Assembly: GCA_036785375.1 (NCBI GenBank)
Contig: JAWMAR010000363.1
Location: 1,116,001 to 1,180,000 of the forward strand
Direction: 5' to 3'
DNA: 64,000 nucleotides
Origin: Leucoraja ocellata
Lineage: Eukaryota
Made by a program: the position numbers and the translations under genes. Within the stretch, counting starts at the first letter, position 1. Each line of letters begins with the position of its first letter. The notes beneath the pieces are model-generated. The model was not told where the DNA came from. It saw only the letters and a list, made by a program, of their open reading frames with translations, and ran no database searches. Positions 1 through 11,845 of the stretch are shown one piece after another.

Positions 1-349
1 TTCCAAAAACATACATGCTTTAAGAAATCAATCGGAAAAAAAAAAAACATTTTCAACGAGGATGCCCATTATTGAAATGGCTGATTGCTGATTGGTACCA
101 GAAACTCCATTTCTGTTAAGTACTTGTAGTAAATAATGTCCCTCTTTTCCAGTGGCATTAACCTGCACAGAGTCTCTTTCACTGACAAGCTTGTACATGC
201 ACAGGTCATCACTTGTTGACCATTACTGACTGCAATTCTGCTCCTCCCTTTACCTGCCATTGATTTGCCACAGACCACCTCCCATCGCTTCTTTCATGCT
301 TCATTACTGACTAGTCCTTACAGTGCCTTGACCTGTTTCAGTAACCAGC

Positions 350-505
350 ATCTATCCTGTGATAGATTATTCCCTTATCATGTATCTGTACGCTGCAAAT
401 GGCTTGATTGTAGTCATATAATGTCTTTCCGCTGACTGGTTCGCACGCAACAAAAGCTTTTCACTGTACCTCGGTACACGTGACAATAAAATGGACTGAA
501 CTGAA
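350..505 (+). mobile_element. 3' end of Rex1/Babar-type LINE
   Basis: Ends in the TTTTCACTGTACCTCGGTACACGTGACAATAAA hairpin tail, the same tail that follows Rex-like ORF remnants at 10055-10597. Confidence 0.6.
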
Positions 506-1119
506 GACCAATTTCACTGACTGCTATGGCCCTGAGCAGTCCGTCTCTCGCTGTCTCCCTGCCATTGACTCGATCTACACCTCACGTTGCCTTGTGGAAA
601 GCAGCCAACGTAATCAAGGACCTTTCCCAGCTCGGTCCTTCTCCTTCCCGCTCCACACCAACAGACTCAGAAGCAGATTCTTCCTCTCTGTTATCAGACT
701 TTTGCACGGCCCTTCCATAAGCTCAGACACAGTCCCAATTCTCCAACCTTCCTTTTTGCGGACAATGGGCTTTTTCTCTGGAAGTGGGGATAGTTGAGAC
801 GGGGACTGTGATGGCATTTTGGGGGACACTTGGACAGGTGCATGGATGGGGGAGTGGTATGGAGGCACATGGGCCAGGCACCGACAAATGGGACTAGTAT
901 GTGCAATTTGGGCCGAAGGGCCTGTTTCCGTGCTATGCGACTCTGACTCATTAACTGTCATGCTGCTGTGGTGAGAAACTATATTCCGCATCGTGGTATA
1001 TTTCTTTTAGCTCTACCTGTTGTACTTGCGTTTGGCTTGATTGTATCACATTGTCTTTCCACTGACTGGTTAGCACGCAAGCTTTTCACTGTACCTTGGT
1101 GCACGTGACAATAAACTAA

Positions 1120-1319
1120 AGGGCCTGTCCCACTTGGGCGTCATTTGCGCGTCATGCAGATGGCGTGCATTTGAACATCCCAAAATCCTGAGGCACCGCG
1201 CGCGACTGCGCATCACTGCCTATGTCACCACGCACCATGCGCGCATAATGTGCACGATGTGATGCGTAAATGATGTCGCGTAAATTACGCGCAAATGACG
1301 CCCAAGTGGGACAGGCCCT
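1120..1319. mobile_element. 200-bp PIF/Harbinger-type MITE
   Basis: Perfect 33-bp TIRs (AGGGCCTGTCCCACTTGGGCGTCATTTGCGCGT); TAA TSD at 1117-1119 and 1320-1322; palindromic CpG-rich interior. Confidence 0.85.
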
Positions 1320-1611
1320 TAAACTAACTAAACAAAACTATTCATATACAATATTATCTGATTTGAACGTATAGCACACAGACAAACCATTTTCACTGTA
1401 ACACGAACATTAACAATAATAAACCTAAACCTTCATCCTATTGTAAGGACCGTCATTTGTCCCCATACTGCTCTCGACCAACTTTTTCAAATTCTGTTCT
1501 TCAAATTCAACCAATGTAATAGATTGGCCCTAGGTAAGACAAACGCTAACTATTTGTCCATAGCCTAATATGCAATTTGCTCTGTCACTTTCAAGGTACT
1601 TAGTAGTTTCG

Positions 1612-1898
1612 TTTTAGAGATACTGTGTGGAAATTGGCCCTTCGGCCCATCGAGTCCACGCCAACCAATGATCACCCGCACACTAGTTCTATCCTACACA
1701 CTTGGGGCCATTTACAGAATCCAATTAGCTTTCAAACCTGCACGCCTTTGGAATGTGGAGGGAAACCGGAGCACCCAGACAAAAACCACGCAGTCACAGG
1801 GAGAACGTGCAAACACCACACAGATAGCACCCGTAGTCAGGATCGAACCCGAGTCTCTAAAGCTGTAAGGCAACAACTCTAGCACTGCACCACTGTGC
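1612..1898 (-). mobile_element. V-SINE (HE1-like tRNA-derived SINE)
   Basis: Reverse complement has a tRNA-like head (GGTTCGATCC B box), V-domain-like core and CR1-type tail GGGCCGAAGGGCC. Confidence 0.8.
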
Positions 1899-2508
1899 AC
1901 TTTGTTGAGATAGGATACTACGATCTACTCAGCAGTTCAAGCAGCATCTGTGAAGTGAGAGACAGAATTAATATTTTGGTTTAATAATCCCTCAGCTTCG
2001 TTATCAGAATAAAAATACTCATGAAATGAGGATAGACAATATTGAGTCTGAGAAGATATATTTATACCCTTTTTAGCCCGATGAAGGGTCCTGACCTGAA
2101 ACGTTATCCTTTATCTCCAGAGATGCTGCCTAACTAACCCAGCGCTTTGAGTTCATCTTTGGTATAAAGCAGCATCTGCAGTTCCGTGTTTCTACATAGA
2201 GTCCGTGAAGACAGATTATTGACTTGCAATGCCGCCCTGTATCTCTCAACATTTATGCTCACTGCTTGCTGAATATTAACATTTTCTGACTGTTAGTTTG
2301 AAATTCTTTTAGAATTGTATCCTGGGCATGTGCCGGCTATTTCCCCAGGCTAGTCCTGCTGTCAGTTGTCCATTCAGTGACAGCAACTGAGGCTGGATTG
2401 TAACAATCCTAGTGTTGTTGTGTTTCTGGCATTGACAAACGCAATGGGCGTGGGCAATCGCCATGACATAACGGTGCAGCTGGTAGAGCCACTGTTTCAC
2501 AGCATCAG

Positions 2509-2775
2509 AGGGCGGCGCAGTGGCGCAGCGGTAGAGTTGCTGCTTTACAGCGCTAGAGACACGGGTTTGATCCTGACTGCCAGTGTTGTCTGCACGGAGT
2601 TTGTACGTTCTCCCTGTGACCACGTGGATTTTCTCTGGGTGCTCCCGTTTCCTCCCACACTCCAAAGACGTGCAGGTTTGTAGGTGAACTGGCTTCTGTA
2701 AATTGCCCCCAGTGTACAGGTTGATCGCTGGTTGGCTCGGACTCGGTGGGCCGAAGGGCTAGTTACCTCATTGTA
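2509..2775 (+). mobile_element. V-SINE (HE1-like)
   Basis: GGGCGGCGCAGTGGCGCAGCGGTAGAG head, GGTTTCCTCCCACACTCCAAAGAC-type core, CR1-type tail. Confidence 0.8.
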
Positions 2776-4574
2776 AAAGTCTTAAAAAAAAACTGGGTTC
2801 AATTCTGACTTCTGGAGTTTGCATGTTCTCCCTTTGACTGCATGGGTTTCTTCCTGCCTCTAGTTTCCTCCCACAACCCAAAGACGGTGGGTTTGTAGAT
2901 TAATTGGCCTCTGAGAAATTGCCCCTCTTGTTTTGGGAGAAAATGGGATAACATAGAATTAGTGGGAACAGGTGACAATGGTTGGCATGTCTCGATGGGC
3001 CGAAGGGGCTGTTGCTAAGACCAAGCTAAAAATAAAAATACTAAACACACAGCAATGTGTCCCACTGTGTTCCCCTTAACAGGGAGACTGATAACATCAA
3101 ACCCCCGAGGCACCAGAAAGTGTTATCGCTAATATGTTGGCTAGGTATCAAGCAAAGTTTAGTTCAGAGAATAAGCATAGAAACAGGCCCTTTGACCCAC
3201 TGTCCTACCCCCATTCACATTAGTTCTGCGATATTCCACTTTCGCATCCACTCCTTACGCACCAGGGGTAATTTACAGAGGCTCTAGTTACATACTGATG
3301 GAGTGCTGCTGTATTCCCACAACTGTAGTCTTTTGGATGATGCATTCAAGTATTGACAGCATCAAAGATCTTTTTCAAGGACGAGCGAGGGATTTCTCCA
3401 GGATTGGTGTTTGTGAAAGCTTGCAGTGAGCATGTTGACAATTCATTGACTGTAAATCCCTTTGGGATTTCCTGAAGTCTTAATAGGCTATAAATAAATA
3501 TACTCTTTTTTTCAAAGACTCAGACTGATTGCAAAATCAACTACACACGCCTTCCTAAGTTCTGCTCTCCTAAGCAACCCATCACTACAATTCTCATGCA
3601 AGCTTAATGCCTAAGTCCCATCGTAAGATCCACAAGTTGGTAAATAAAAGCAACAGAGGCTGAGAAAGGATAAACTGGATCCTAACAGGTTGTTCCCTAA
3701 TGCAGTGTGGCTTTCTTTACGACTTTATTTGAAAGGACACCTGGGGGAGGATTTTCAAGTCTAATGCAAAGACATTCTAAATATGGATACACAAAAGACT
3801 GCAGATGCAGAAATCTTGAGGGGGGAAAAATATGACGTGATTGGTTTACATTCCCATCTCAATCTAGTCTAATCCTGGCCTCCATTGCTTAAGTGAGGCC
3901 ACACTTCAAAGTAGAAGACCAGCAACGCGTATTCTGCGCGGATGACTTCGAACCCAATCGCATGAACATTGAATTCTCCAATATCAGGCAAACCACCTTC
4001 CCTAGCTGCCCTCTCATCTCCCCAGTTGGTCTAATACTCCCCCCCTCTCCCCATCCCCCCCCCCCCCCCCCCCTGTTCCTTTTCCTTGCTTCTCTCCCTT
4101 ATCACCCACCCCTACCCCATCTGATCACCCTTCTACCCACAATTGGGATGATCAGCCATGATCACATTGAATGGCAGTGCTGGCTCAAAGGGCCAAATGG
4201 CCAAGTCCTGCACCTATTGTCTATGATTCCTCCCTCAGCTTCTACATTCCAATCTTCCGGCCTCTTTATCAGAACCTACCGCCTGCAGCCCTTTTGGTTT
4301 CTCCACCTATTGCCTCTAGAAGCCTCCCGACCGGAAACGTCACCTATCTATGTTCTCCGGAGATGCTGCCGGGCCTCCAGCACTTTGTGCCTTCTATTGC
4401 ATCCAAAGTTGGTCACTATCTTCACCCTTGTTTCCCCATCCCCCACCTGGCTCATCTGTAAATCAACCCCTCTTTACCTGGCTACGCCTATAACTTGCCA
4501 ACTCTTGCCCCCCCACCCCCGTTCCCCCCGCTTCTTCCAACTAGCTTTCTCCTCTCCACAGTTTTGAAGTTCAT

Positions 4575-5060
4575 TAGTAATAGGAGCAGATGTAGGCCAT
4601 TTGGCCCATCGAGTCTACTCCAACATTCAATCATGGCTGATCTATCTTTCCCTCTCAATCCGATGTACCTATCTTCTCGCCATAACCCTTGTTAATTAAG
4701 AATCTGTCGATCTCCGCCTTAAGTATCCAATCAGGGCCTCCACAGCCATCTGTGGCAATGAATTCCACTGATTCACTAAACTCTGAATAAAGAAATTCCT
4801 GCTCCTCCTTTCTAAATGTACATCCTTTAATTCTCAGACTGCACCCTCTGGTCCTAGACTCTCCCAGTGGTGGAAACATCCTCTCCGCATCCACTCTGCC
4901 CATGCCTTTCACCATTTCACAATATTTTGAGGACATGTCAGGTGCTATATCAGAGCTAGAATCAATTCCTTCCATTTCTTCCTTCCAAACATTTATTTTT
5001 CCTCTGTCCTCCATTACGCTGCCGACGCCTTTCACTATTCGGTAAGTTTCAATGAGGTCC
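4575..5060 (-). mobile_element. CR1-clade LINE 3' fragment (rearranged)
   Basis: Remnant peptides DLIETYRIVKG and RMFPPLGESRTRGCSLRIKG, plus the CR1 3' UTR. Confidence 0.75.
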
Positions 5061-5643
5061 TGACCCACAGACACTGCCTGACCCGCTGTGTTCCTCCTGC
5101 ATTTTGAGTCCGAAGAAGGGTCTCGGCGCGAAACGTCACCCATTCCTTCTCTCCAGAGATGCCGCCTGTCCCGCTGAGTTACTCCAGCTTTTTGTGTCTA
5201 TCTTCAGTTTGAAGATCCATCTGGAACCCCTCGGCATAAATGTATTTTTTTAAAACAATGCTTCATTCTGCCTGAAACTTCAAACATTATACTCAGGCAA
5301 GCAGAACATTCCCTTCTCTGAGGGATTCGAACACAGATACACAGTTTACAGATCCAGCAATGCCGAGCAAGCATCCTGCGGATCGTATTTCAGCAAGTCC
5401 CGTCTAAACATCCTAAACCACAATTTCCTGCATTAGTGTAAAATACTCTCATTAAAACCAGTGTGTAAATAGACCTGAGGAAAACAAAGGGCTTGCGGAA
5501 TGATGCCCCAGAGTGATTTGCACAGCTCAACAAATTGGTGTGAGTGGGGGAGGTGGGTGGGGAGCAATTAGAGAGAGGTACTGGGTCCTCCGGGGAGAGG
5601 GCAAAAGGTCAGGAACATTTCCTCAATGTGCTTGTATCATTCA

Positions 5644-5937
5644 GCGCGGCACGGTGGATCAGCGATAGAGTTGCTGCCTTGCAGCGCCCGAGACCCGGGT
5701 TCGATCCCGACTGTGGGTGCTGTCTGTACGGAGTTTGTACGTTTACCCTAGTTTTCTCCGGGTGCTTCGATTTCTTCACACACTCCAATGACTTGCAGGT
5801 TTGCAGGTTAATTGGCTTCAGTGAAATTGTAAATTGTCCCTAGTGTGTAGAATAGTGCTAGTGTACGGGGTGATCACTGGTCAGCGCGGACTCGGTGGGC
5901 CGAGGGGCTCGTTGCCACGCTGTATCTCTAATCTAAA
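5644..5937 (+). mobile_element. V-SINE (HE1-like), near full length
   Basis: Degenerate A box, B box GGTTCGATCCC, V core, tail ending TGTATCTCTAA. Confidence 0.8.
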
Positions 5938-6237
5938 GTCTTTAAGAATTGTGCGCAAGAATTGTGATGGTAAATAAGGAAGAGGTGCGGGCTGCTTGAC
6001 AGATATGATTAAAGAGAGGGTTGTGGAAGCCAACACAAAATAGAACATCATGGTTGATTTGACCTGGCTGCAAGAACTGAGCTCTCTAATATCCTCTGGT
6101 AGTGAATTCAGAGTTCATCTCATCAGTGAGCAAACATCTCGGCCCCCAAGTACCACCTGCCTGCACAAGTTACACAGTCGCTTTAGGATATTGTCGCCAC
6201 TTCATGTCATGTCCAGACCTGCTTCTTTCACTCACTG

Positions 6238-6390
6238 TTTTCAAGAAGGAACTGCAGATGCTGGAAAATCGAAGGTACACAAAAATGCTGGAGAAACTCA
6301 GCGGGTTTCGGCCCGAAACGTTGCCTATTTCCTTCGCTCCATAGATGCTGCTGCACCCGCTGAGTTTCTCCAGCATTTTTGTGTACCTTC
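6238..6390. mobile_element. Penelope-terminus fold-back insertion with TSD
   Basis: Inverted arms AAGGTACACAAAAATGCTGGAGAAACTCAGCGGG and CCCGCTGAGTTTCTCCAGCATTTTTGTGTACCTT; direct repeat CTTCTTTCACTCACTG at 6222-6237 and 6387-6402. Confidence 0.75.
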
Positions 6391-6990
6391 TTTCACTCAC
6401 TGACTAGTTGGAGGCAAGCAATATTTTTTTTTTAAATAAAGTGAGTCAGCTTTCAATTGGAGAATGAAAAGGGAGGCATTCATTTTAACAGCGCTTTTCA
6501 TAACCTCAGCTGGTCCCCACCAAGCCTTGCAGCCAAACAGGCACTTTTTGAAATCTGTTTGGAGATTACAGCCACCAATTTATATCCAGCAAGCACTGGC
6601 AAGTGGCAAATTACTAACGAGAAGATTATCTGCTGTGGTGACGTTGATGGTGGCCAAAGTGTGAGGGAAACCTTTGGCTCAAACTAATGGTTCATTGATG
6701 TTTTTATTGTCACAGGTGTGCAGCACAAATCCACTGTGAAGTTTATTTATGATCAACCGTGCAGTCGTGACTTGCCATACACAAGCACATCCCCAATTAG
6801 CAGGTGTACGGAATTAGTCCACCACTCCCGCGTGCAAGAGGTGCCATGTTTCACTGCCAATTTCCAAGTCCAGTCCACGCTCTAGTTGTCACGAGCTTGC
6901 CCATTCCAGGCAAGCCCCAGACTGCTGCAGGGCCTCCAGCCATTGCCTTCCTTGGACATTTACAGCAGAGACCAAATCCTTTGTCTGAAG

Positions 6991-7590
6991 ACAGGTTAAT
7001 GCAACACCTGTCCCTTTACCTCCCCCCTCAACTCCATTCAAGGACCCAAGCAGTCGTTCCAGGTGCGACAGAGGTTCACCTGTATCTCCTCAAACCTCAT
7101 CTACTGCATCCGCTGCTCTAGATGTCAGCTGATCTACATCGGTGAGACTAAGCGGAGGTTGGGAGATCGTTTCGCCGAACACCTCCGCTCAGTCCGCAAT
7201 AACCTACCTGAACTCCCGGTGGCTCAGCACTTCAACTCCCCCTCCCATTCCCCGTCCGACCTCTCTGTCCTGGATCTCCTCCACGGCCAGAGTGAGCAAC
7301 ACCGGAAATTGGAGGAACAGCACCTCAGACTTGGGGAGTCTGCATCCTGCGGGCATGAACATTGAATTCTACCAATTTTGTTAGCACTTGCTGTCTCCTC
7401 CCCTTCCTCAGCCCTCGGGCTGTCTCCTCCCATCCCTCAGCCCTCGGGCTCCTCCTCCTCCTCCTTTTCTTTCCTTCTCCCCGCCCCCCCAATCAGTCTG
7501 AAGAAGGGTTTCAGCCTGAAACGTTGCCTATTTCCTTCGCTCCATAGATACTGCTGCACCCGCTGAGTTTCTCCAGCATTTTTGTGTACC
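6991..7590 (+). mobile_element. 5'-truncated Penelope-like retroelement (GIY-YIG endonuclease end, 3' terminus with hammerhead motif)
   Basis: ORF 7063-7365 reads FTCISSNLIYCIRCSRCQLIYIGETKRRLGDRFAEH..PVAQHFN. CTGAAGA..GAAACGTT at ~7498-7525. Direct repeat CCTTTGTCTGAAG at 6978-6990 and 7589-7601. Confidence 0.88.
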
Positions 7591-9284
7591 TTTGTCTGAA
7601 GGAGTTGTCTCAACCCAAAATGTCACCTATTTCTTTTCCCCAGAGATGCTGCCGGGACCTGCTGAGTTACTCCAGCTGTTTTGTGCCTACCTACCTGAGT
7701 TTAAGTAAATCAGATAGGGGCCTGCCTGGTTCTGTGGCTTAGCATGAAATAGGCTGAAGATATTGTCTTCCTTTGCGTGTCTGATCCTTGCATCTTATTG
7801 AACTTCTCCAAATCCCCTTGTCCAACACGATACACTGTGCCTGGGGAACAGTGTGCTCTTGATGAAGGAGAATGCTGGCAGTAACAGTTTCTCCTCCGTG
7901 GAACCTCTGCAAAGGGCAGTGAGAGATGTCTGAGTTGAAACTACTAAATTAATGAACTGCCCAGGATTAATTACAGTGCTGAACCTGAGACGGTCAAACA
8001 TTAAATCAATTTGACTCGCCAGAAAACGAGCTTATTAAAATCATGTTACCATTTGCGGAGGATATTGGATTTATTAGACGAGTTTTCCAGCTTTGTTCCT
8101 GATTTGTCTCCCTTAATTTCTTATTTGCGCTTGGATTGAAATCATGAGCCAGCATCCTGAAGGAGACTTGGAACTGCTCCACATTTTAACATTTTTATTG
8201 TGGTTTTCTCCTTTGCTCTGCACTTGGCAGCCAAGGAGAACTGGGGGAGGAGTTGAGGGATGGGATAAGAGTGTCGGAGAAAAGGCGGATGGTCTCTGAT
8301 GTTATCTTCACAGAATTGGGTCATTTGGCCCACTATGTCTATCCCGTCTCTTAGCTCAAGCAGTCTAGATCTAATGCTACTGGCCCACTAGATGTCTGCT
8401 GCTTAATAAAAGTAATACGACACAAAGTGCTGGAGTTACTCCAAGGGCCCGTCAGCATTTCCAGAGGACATGGATAGATGACGTTTGGGGTCAGGACCTT
8501 TATTCAGACTGGAGAAGGGTCCCAACCCGAAACGTTAACTATCTACGTTCTCTGGAGATGCGGCCCGGATCACTGAATTACTCCAGCAGTTTGGCTCTTT
8601 AGACCTTGAGAGATACAGCGTGGAAACAGGCCCTTCGGCCCACGTGTCCACACCAATCAGCGATCACCACCTATACTAGCAGTATCCTGCACAATACGGA
8701 CAATTTTCAGGGTTTTTTTATTACTGAAGCCAATTAACCTACAAACCTGTACGTCTTTGGAGTGTGGGAGGAAACCGATTCACCTGAAGCGAGCCCACGC
8801 TATCACAGCGAGAACTCCATACAGAGAGCACCTATACCCGGGTTCAATCCTGACCTCCGCTGCTGTCTTTGTGGAGTTTGCATGTTCTACCCCTGATAGC
8901 GTCCATTCCCTCCGAGTGCACTGGTTACCTCCCACATCCAAAAGCCATGTGGGTTTTAGGTTATTTGGCCACTCTAAATTGCTCCTAGAGTGTCGACGGA
9001 CAAGTGGTGTGCACGGCTGAGTAATGGTCATTATTTCATTAAATGCTAGGAGGAGGGAAGAAACAAAGTTCTTGCATCCCTGTGGAGGCAGCGCAGATCT
9101 CTGTGCTTTATTGATGGTGACTGTGTCTCAGCCCCGAGATCAAGAGATCCCGCCTTAAACGTCCCCCATCTTTCAATTGCTGCATAAACCTATCTAATTG
9201 CTAAACAGACTTTTTTTTGGCCTGCATTGCAATCACCTTGAGCGATTCAGTGTCAGTTCTTGTTTGATTCTGCTTTATTTTTCG

Positions 9285-9586
9285 ACTTTTAGAGATACAG
9301 AGTGAAATTGGTCCATTTGGCCCACCGAGTCCGCACCGACCAGCGATCACCCCATACACTGACACTATCCTACACACTAGGGACAATTTACAATTTGCAG
9401 GAGCCAATTAACTGACAGACCTGTGCGTCTTTGGAGTGTGGGCAGAAACCAGAGCACCCAGAGAAAACCCACACGGTCACAGGGAGAATGTACAAAGTCT
9501 GTGCAGGCAGCACATTTAGTCAGGATCAAAGCCGGGTCTCTGACGCTGTAAGGCAGCAACTCTACCGCAGCAGCACTGTGCCGCCC
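9285..9586 (-). mobile_element. V-SINE (HE1-like), full length
   Basis: Same head, core and tail as the other copies, reverse strand. Confidence 0.8.
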
Positions 9587-9759
9587 TTAGTCTTGTGAGG
9601 CGGTATGAGATGATTTACTGGGTCACCATTGCTGATGTTGGGGGGCAATGCCCGTTGATAATAGTTACAGGAGAAACCTTGAGATCCTGATAACTGTTAG
9701 AGAAACTGCGTAACCCGTTCAATTCACACGGTGGCCTCGACCTCAAATGGTTTTGCTTA

Positions 9760-9995
9760 AGGGCCTGTCCCACTTACGCGACCTTTACAGGCGACTGCCG
9801 GCACACATCATAGGTCGCCGAAATTTTCAACATGTTGAAAATTCAGCGGCGACCAGAAAGACACTACGACTCTTTGGAGACGTCTCACGGCCATAGGCTG
9901 TATGTTCGTAAGAGGTCCCCGATGGTCGTTAGATGTCTCAAGAGGCGTAGCGTCTTTCTGTTCACCGCTGAAGTTTCAACATGTTAAAAATGTTC
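9760..9995. mobile_element. Harbinger-type MITE, one-ended
   Basis: TTA followed by AGGGCCTGTCCCACTT left TIR; internal palindrome; no right TIR seen. Related to 60168-60390. Confidence 0.6.
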
Positions 9996-10054
9996 AACCT
10001 GACTAGAATTCCATTTAGTGATAAATGGGGGAAAAAGTATTGTGGATTCCGGAA

Positions 10055-10597
10055 ATATGCATGTTTGTGGGTGCGCCGTAGAACGCATTTCATCAGGATG
10101 CATCACAGCTTGGTTTGGGAGCAGCTCCATCCGAGACCACAAGAAATTGCAGCGTATTGCGGATGCAGTCACACAAACCAAACTCCCTTCCATTGACTCC
10201 ATTTTACCTTATGCTGCCTCGGCAAGAGGCCAGTAGCATAATCAAGGACGAGTCGCACCCTGGCCACTTCCTCTTCTCCTCTTTCCCATCGGGCCAAAGA
10301 TGTAAAAACAGTTTCTTCCCAGCTGTTATCATGCAAATGAACCATCCTACCACAACCAGAGAGCAATCCTGAACTGAACAGTCAGGGTCTATCTCATTGG
10401 GGACCTTCGGACTATCTTTGATCGGACTCCACTGGCTTTACCTCGCACTAACCGTTATTCCCTTATCTTGTATCTGTACACTGTGAATTTCTCAATTTTA
10501 ATCATGTATTGTCTTTCTGCTGGCTGGTTAGCACGCATCAAAAGCTGTTCACTGTACCTCGGTACACGTGACAATAAACTAAACTAAACTGAACTGT
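10055..10597 (+). mobile_element. Rex1/Babar-type LINE 3' fragment
   Basis: Frameshifted remnants SGCITAWFGSS..DHKKLQRI..LPSIDSI and IIKDESHPGHFLFS..PSG..NSFFPAVI; hairpin tail plus (AAACT)n. Confidence 0.75.
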
Positions 10598-10920
10598 AAA
10601 TGTTTCCACTAGTGGGAAAGTCTAGGTCTAGAGGTCATAGTCTCAGAATTAAAGGACGCTCCTTTAAGAAGGAGATGAGGAGGAATTTCTTTCATCACTG
10701 GGTGGGGAATCTGTGGAATTCTTTGCCACAGACGACTGTGGAGGCTAAGTCACTGGATATTATTAAGGTAGAGGTAGATAAATTCTTGATTAGTACGGGT
10801 GTCGGAGGTTATGGGGAGAAGGCAGGGGAATGGGGTTAGGAGGGAGAGATAGATCAGCCATGATTGAATAGTGGAGAAAGACTTATTGGGCCGAATGGTC
10901 TAATTCTGCTCCTATCACAT
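10598..10920 (+). mobile_element. CR1-clade LINE 3' fragment
   Basis: ORF MFPLVGKSRSRGHSLRIKGRSFKKEMRRNFF..NLWNSLP, typical CR1 ORF2 C-terminus, plus 3' UTR. Confidence 0.85.
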
Positions 10921-11349
10921 GAGCTTATAAATGTCAACTAATCAGTCTCTTAACACAACTGGCAGTGGTCTTTATCTCCTTACTCCCATTAATGTGAAGG
11001 GCTTCCATTTCTGCTGATACTGTAGTGAGAACACTTTTGCAGCCAAAAGATTCGACACCTGATCCCTGTCATTGAATTTGAGCTTCATCTATTCACCATC
11101 CTTCTTTAGGCTGTTAGCCAAATGCACTAAAACATAAACAGCGTGATGGAGCACAACAAGAAATATGCAGGCGGGCTTCCGTGACAAGTCGGCTAATGCA
11201 GGATTAATAAATGGTTCTCATTGTCTGCTGTTTACCACGAGCAGACAGACAGGAACAAACCCCTTCAACACCTGCCACCTGCCTTGATCCCGGCCAAGTT
11301 ACCATGAGCTCCCGGTCGCCTAAAGTCCGCCTTGGACTTTATGCGATCT

Positions 11350-11845
11350 CCCGTTTGCCAAACACTTCAACTCCCCTTCCCATTCCCACACTGACTAGGC
11401 CAGTGTCAGAGTGAGGCCACACACAAATTGGAAGAACAGCACCTCATATTTCGCTTGGGCGACACAATCCAGCAGTATGATATTGATTTCTCTAAATTCA
11501 AATAACCCTTACATCCCCCCTCACCCCCCTCTCTCTCTCTATCCCTCTCCCACCCTAGTCATCGTACTAGTTTCGCTGTTGTCCTGTTGAGTTTCACTTT
11601 CTGTATAACTCATTACCACTTAACCCACAGCAAACAATGGACCATTGTGGGCTCCACCTTTACTTGATCATTGTTGATCTTTGCATAACTTTCATTCATT
11701 TGTTCTATTTTACCGTCTATATCTCTCGTTTCCCTTTCCCCTGACTCTTAGTCTGAAGAAGGGTCTTGACCCTAAACCTCACCCACTCCTCCACTCCAGA
11801 GATGCTGCCTGTCCCGCTGAGTTACTCCCAGCATTTTGTGTCTAT
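11350..11845 (+). mobile_element. Penelope-like 3' fragment (second subfamily) ending in the hammerhead-bearing terminus
   Basis: HFNSPSHSH..KLEEQHLIFRLG remnant, 3' UTR, then GTCTGAAGAAGGGTCTTGACCC. Confidence 0.7.

Noticed and set aside
69-278. Possible minus-strand exon near the window start
   Set aside because: No recognisable peptide and no convincing acceptor context.
3893-4567. 224-aa ORF
   Set aside because: Patchwork of Penelope, poly-C and CR1 tail sequence.
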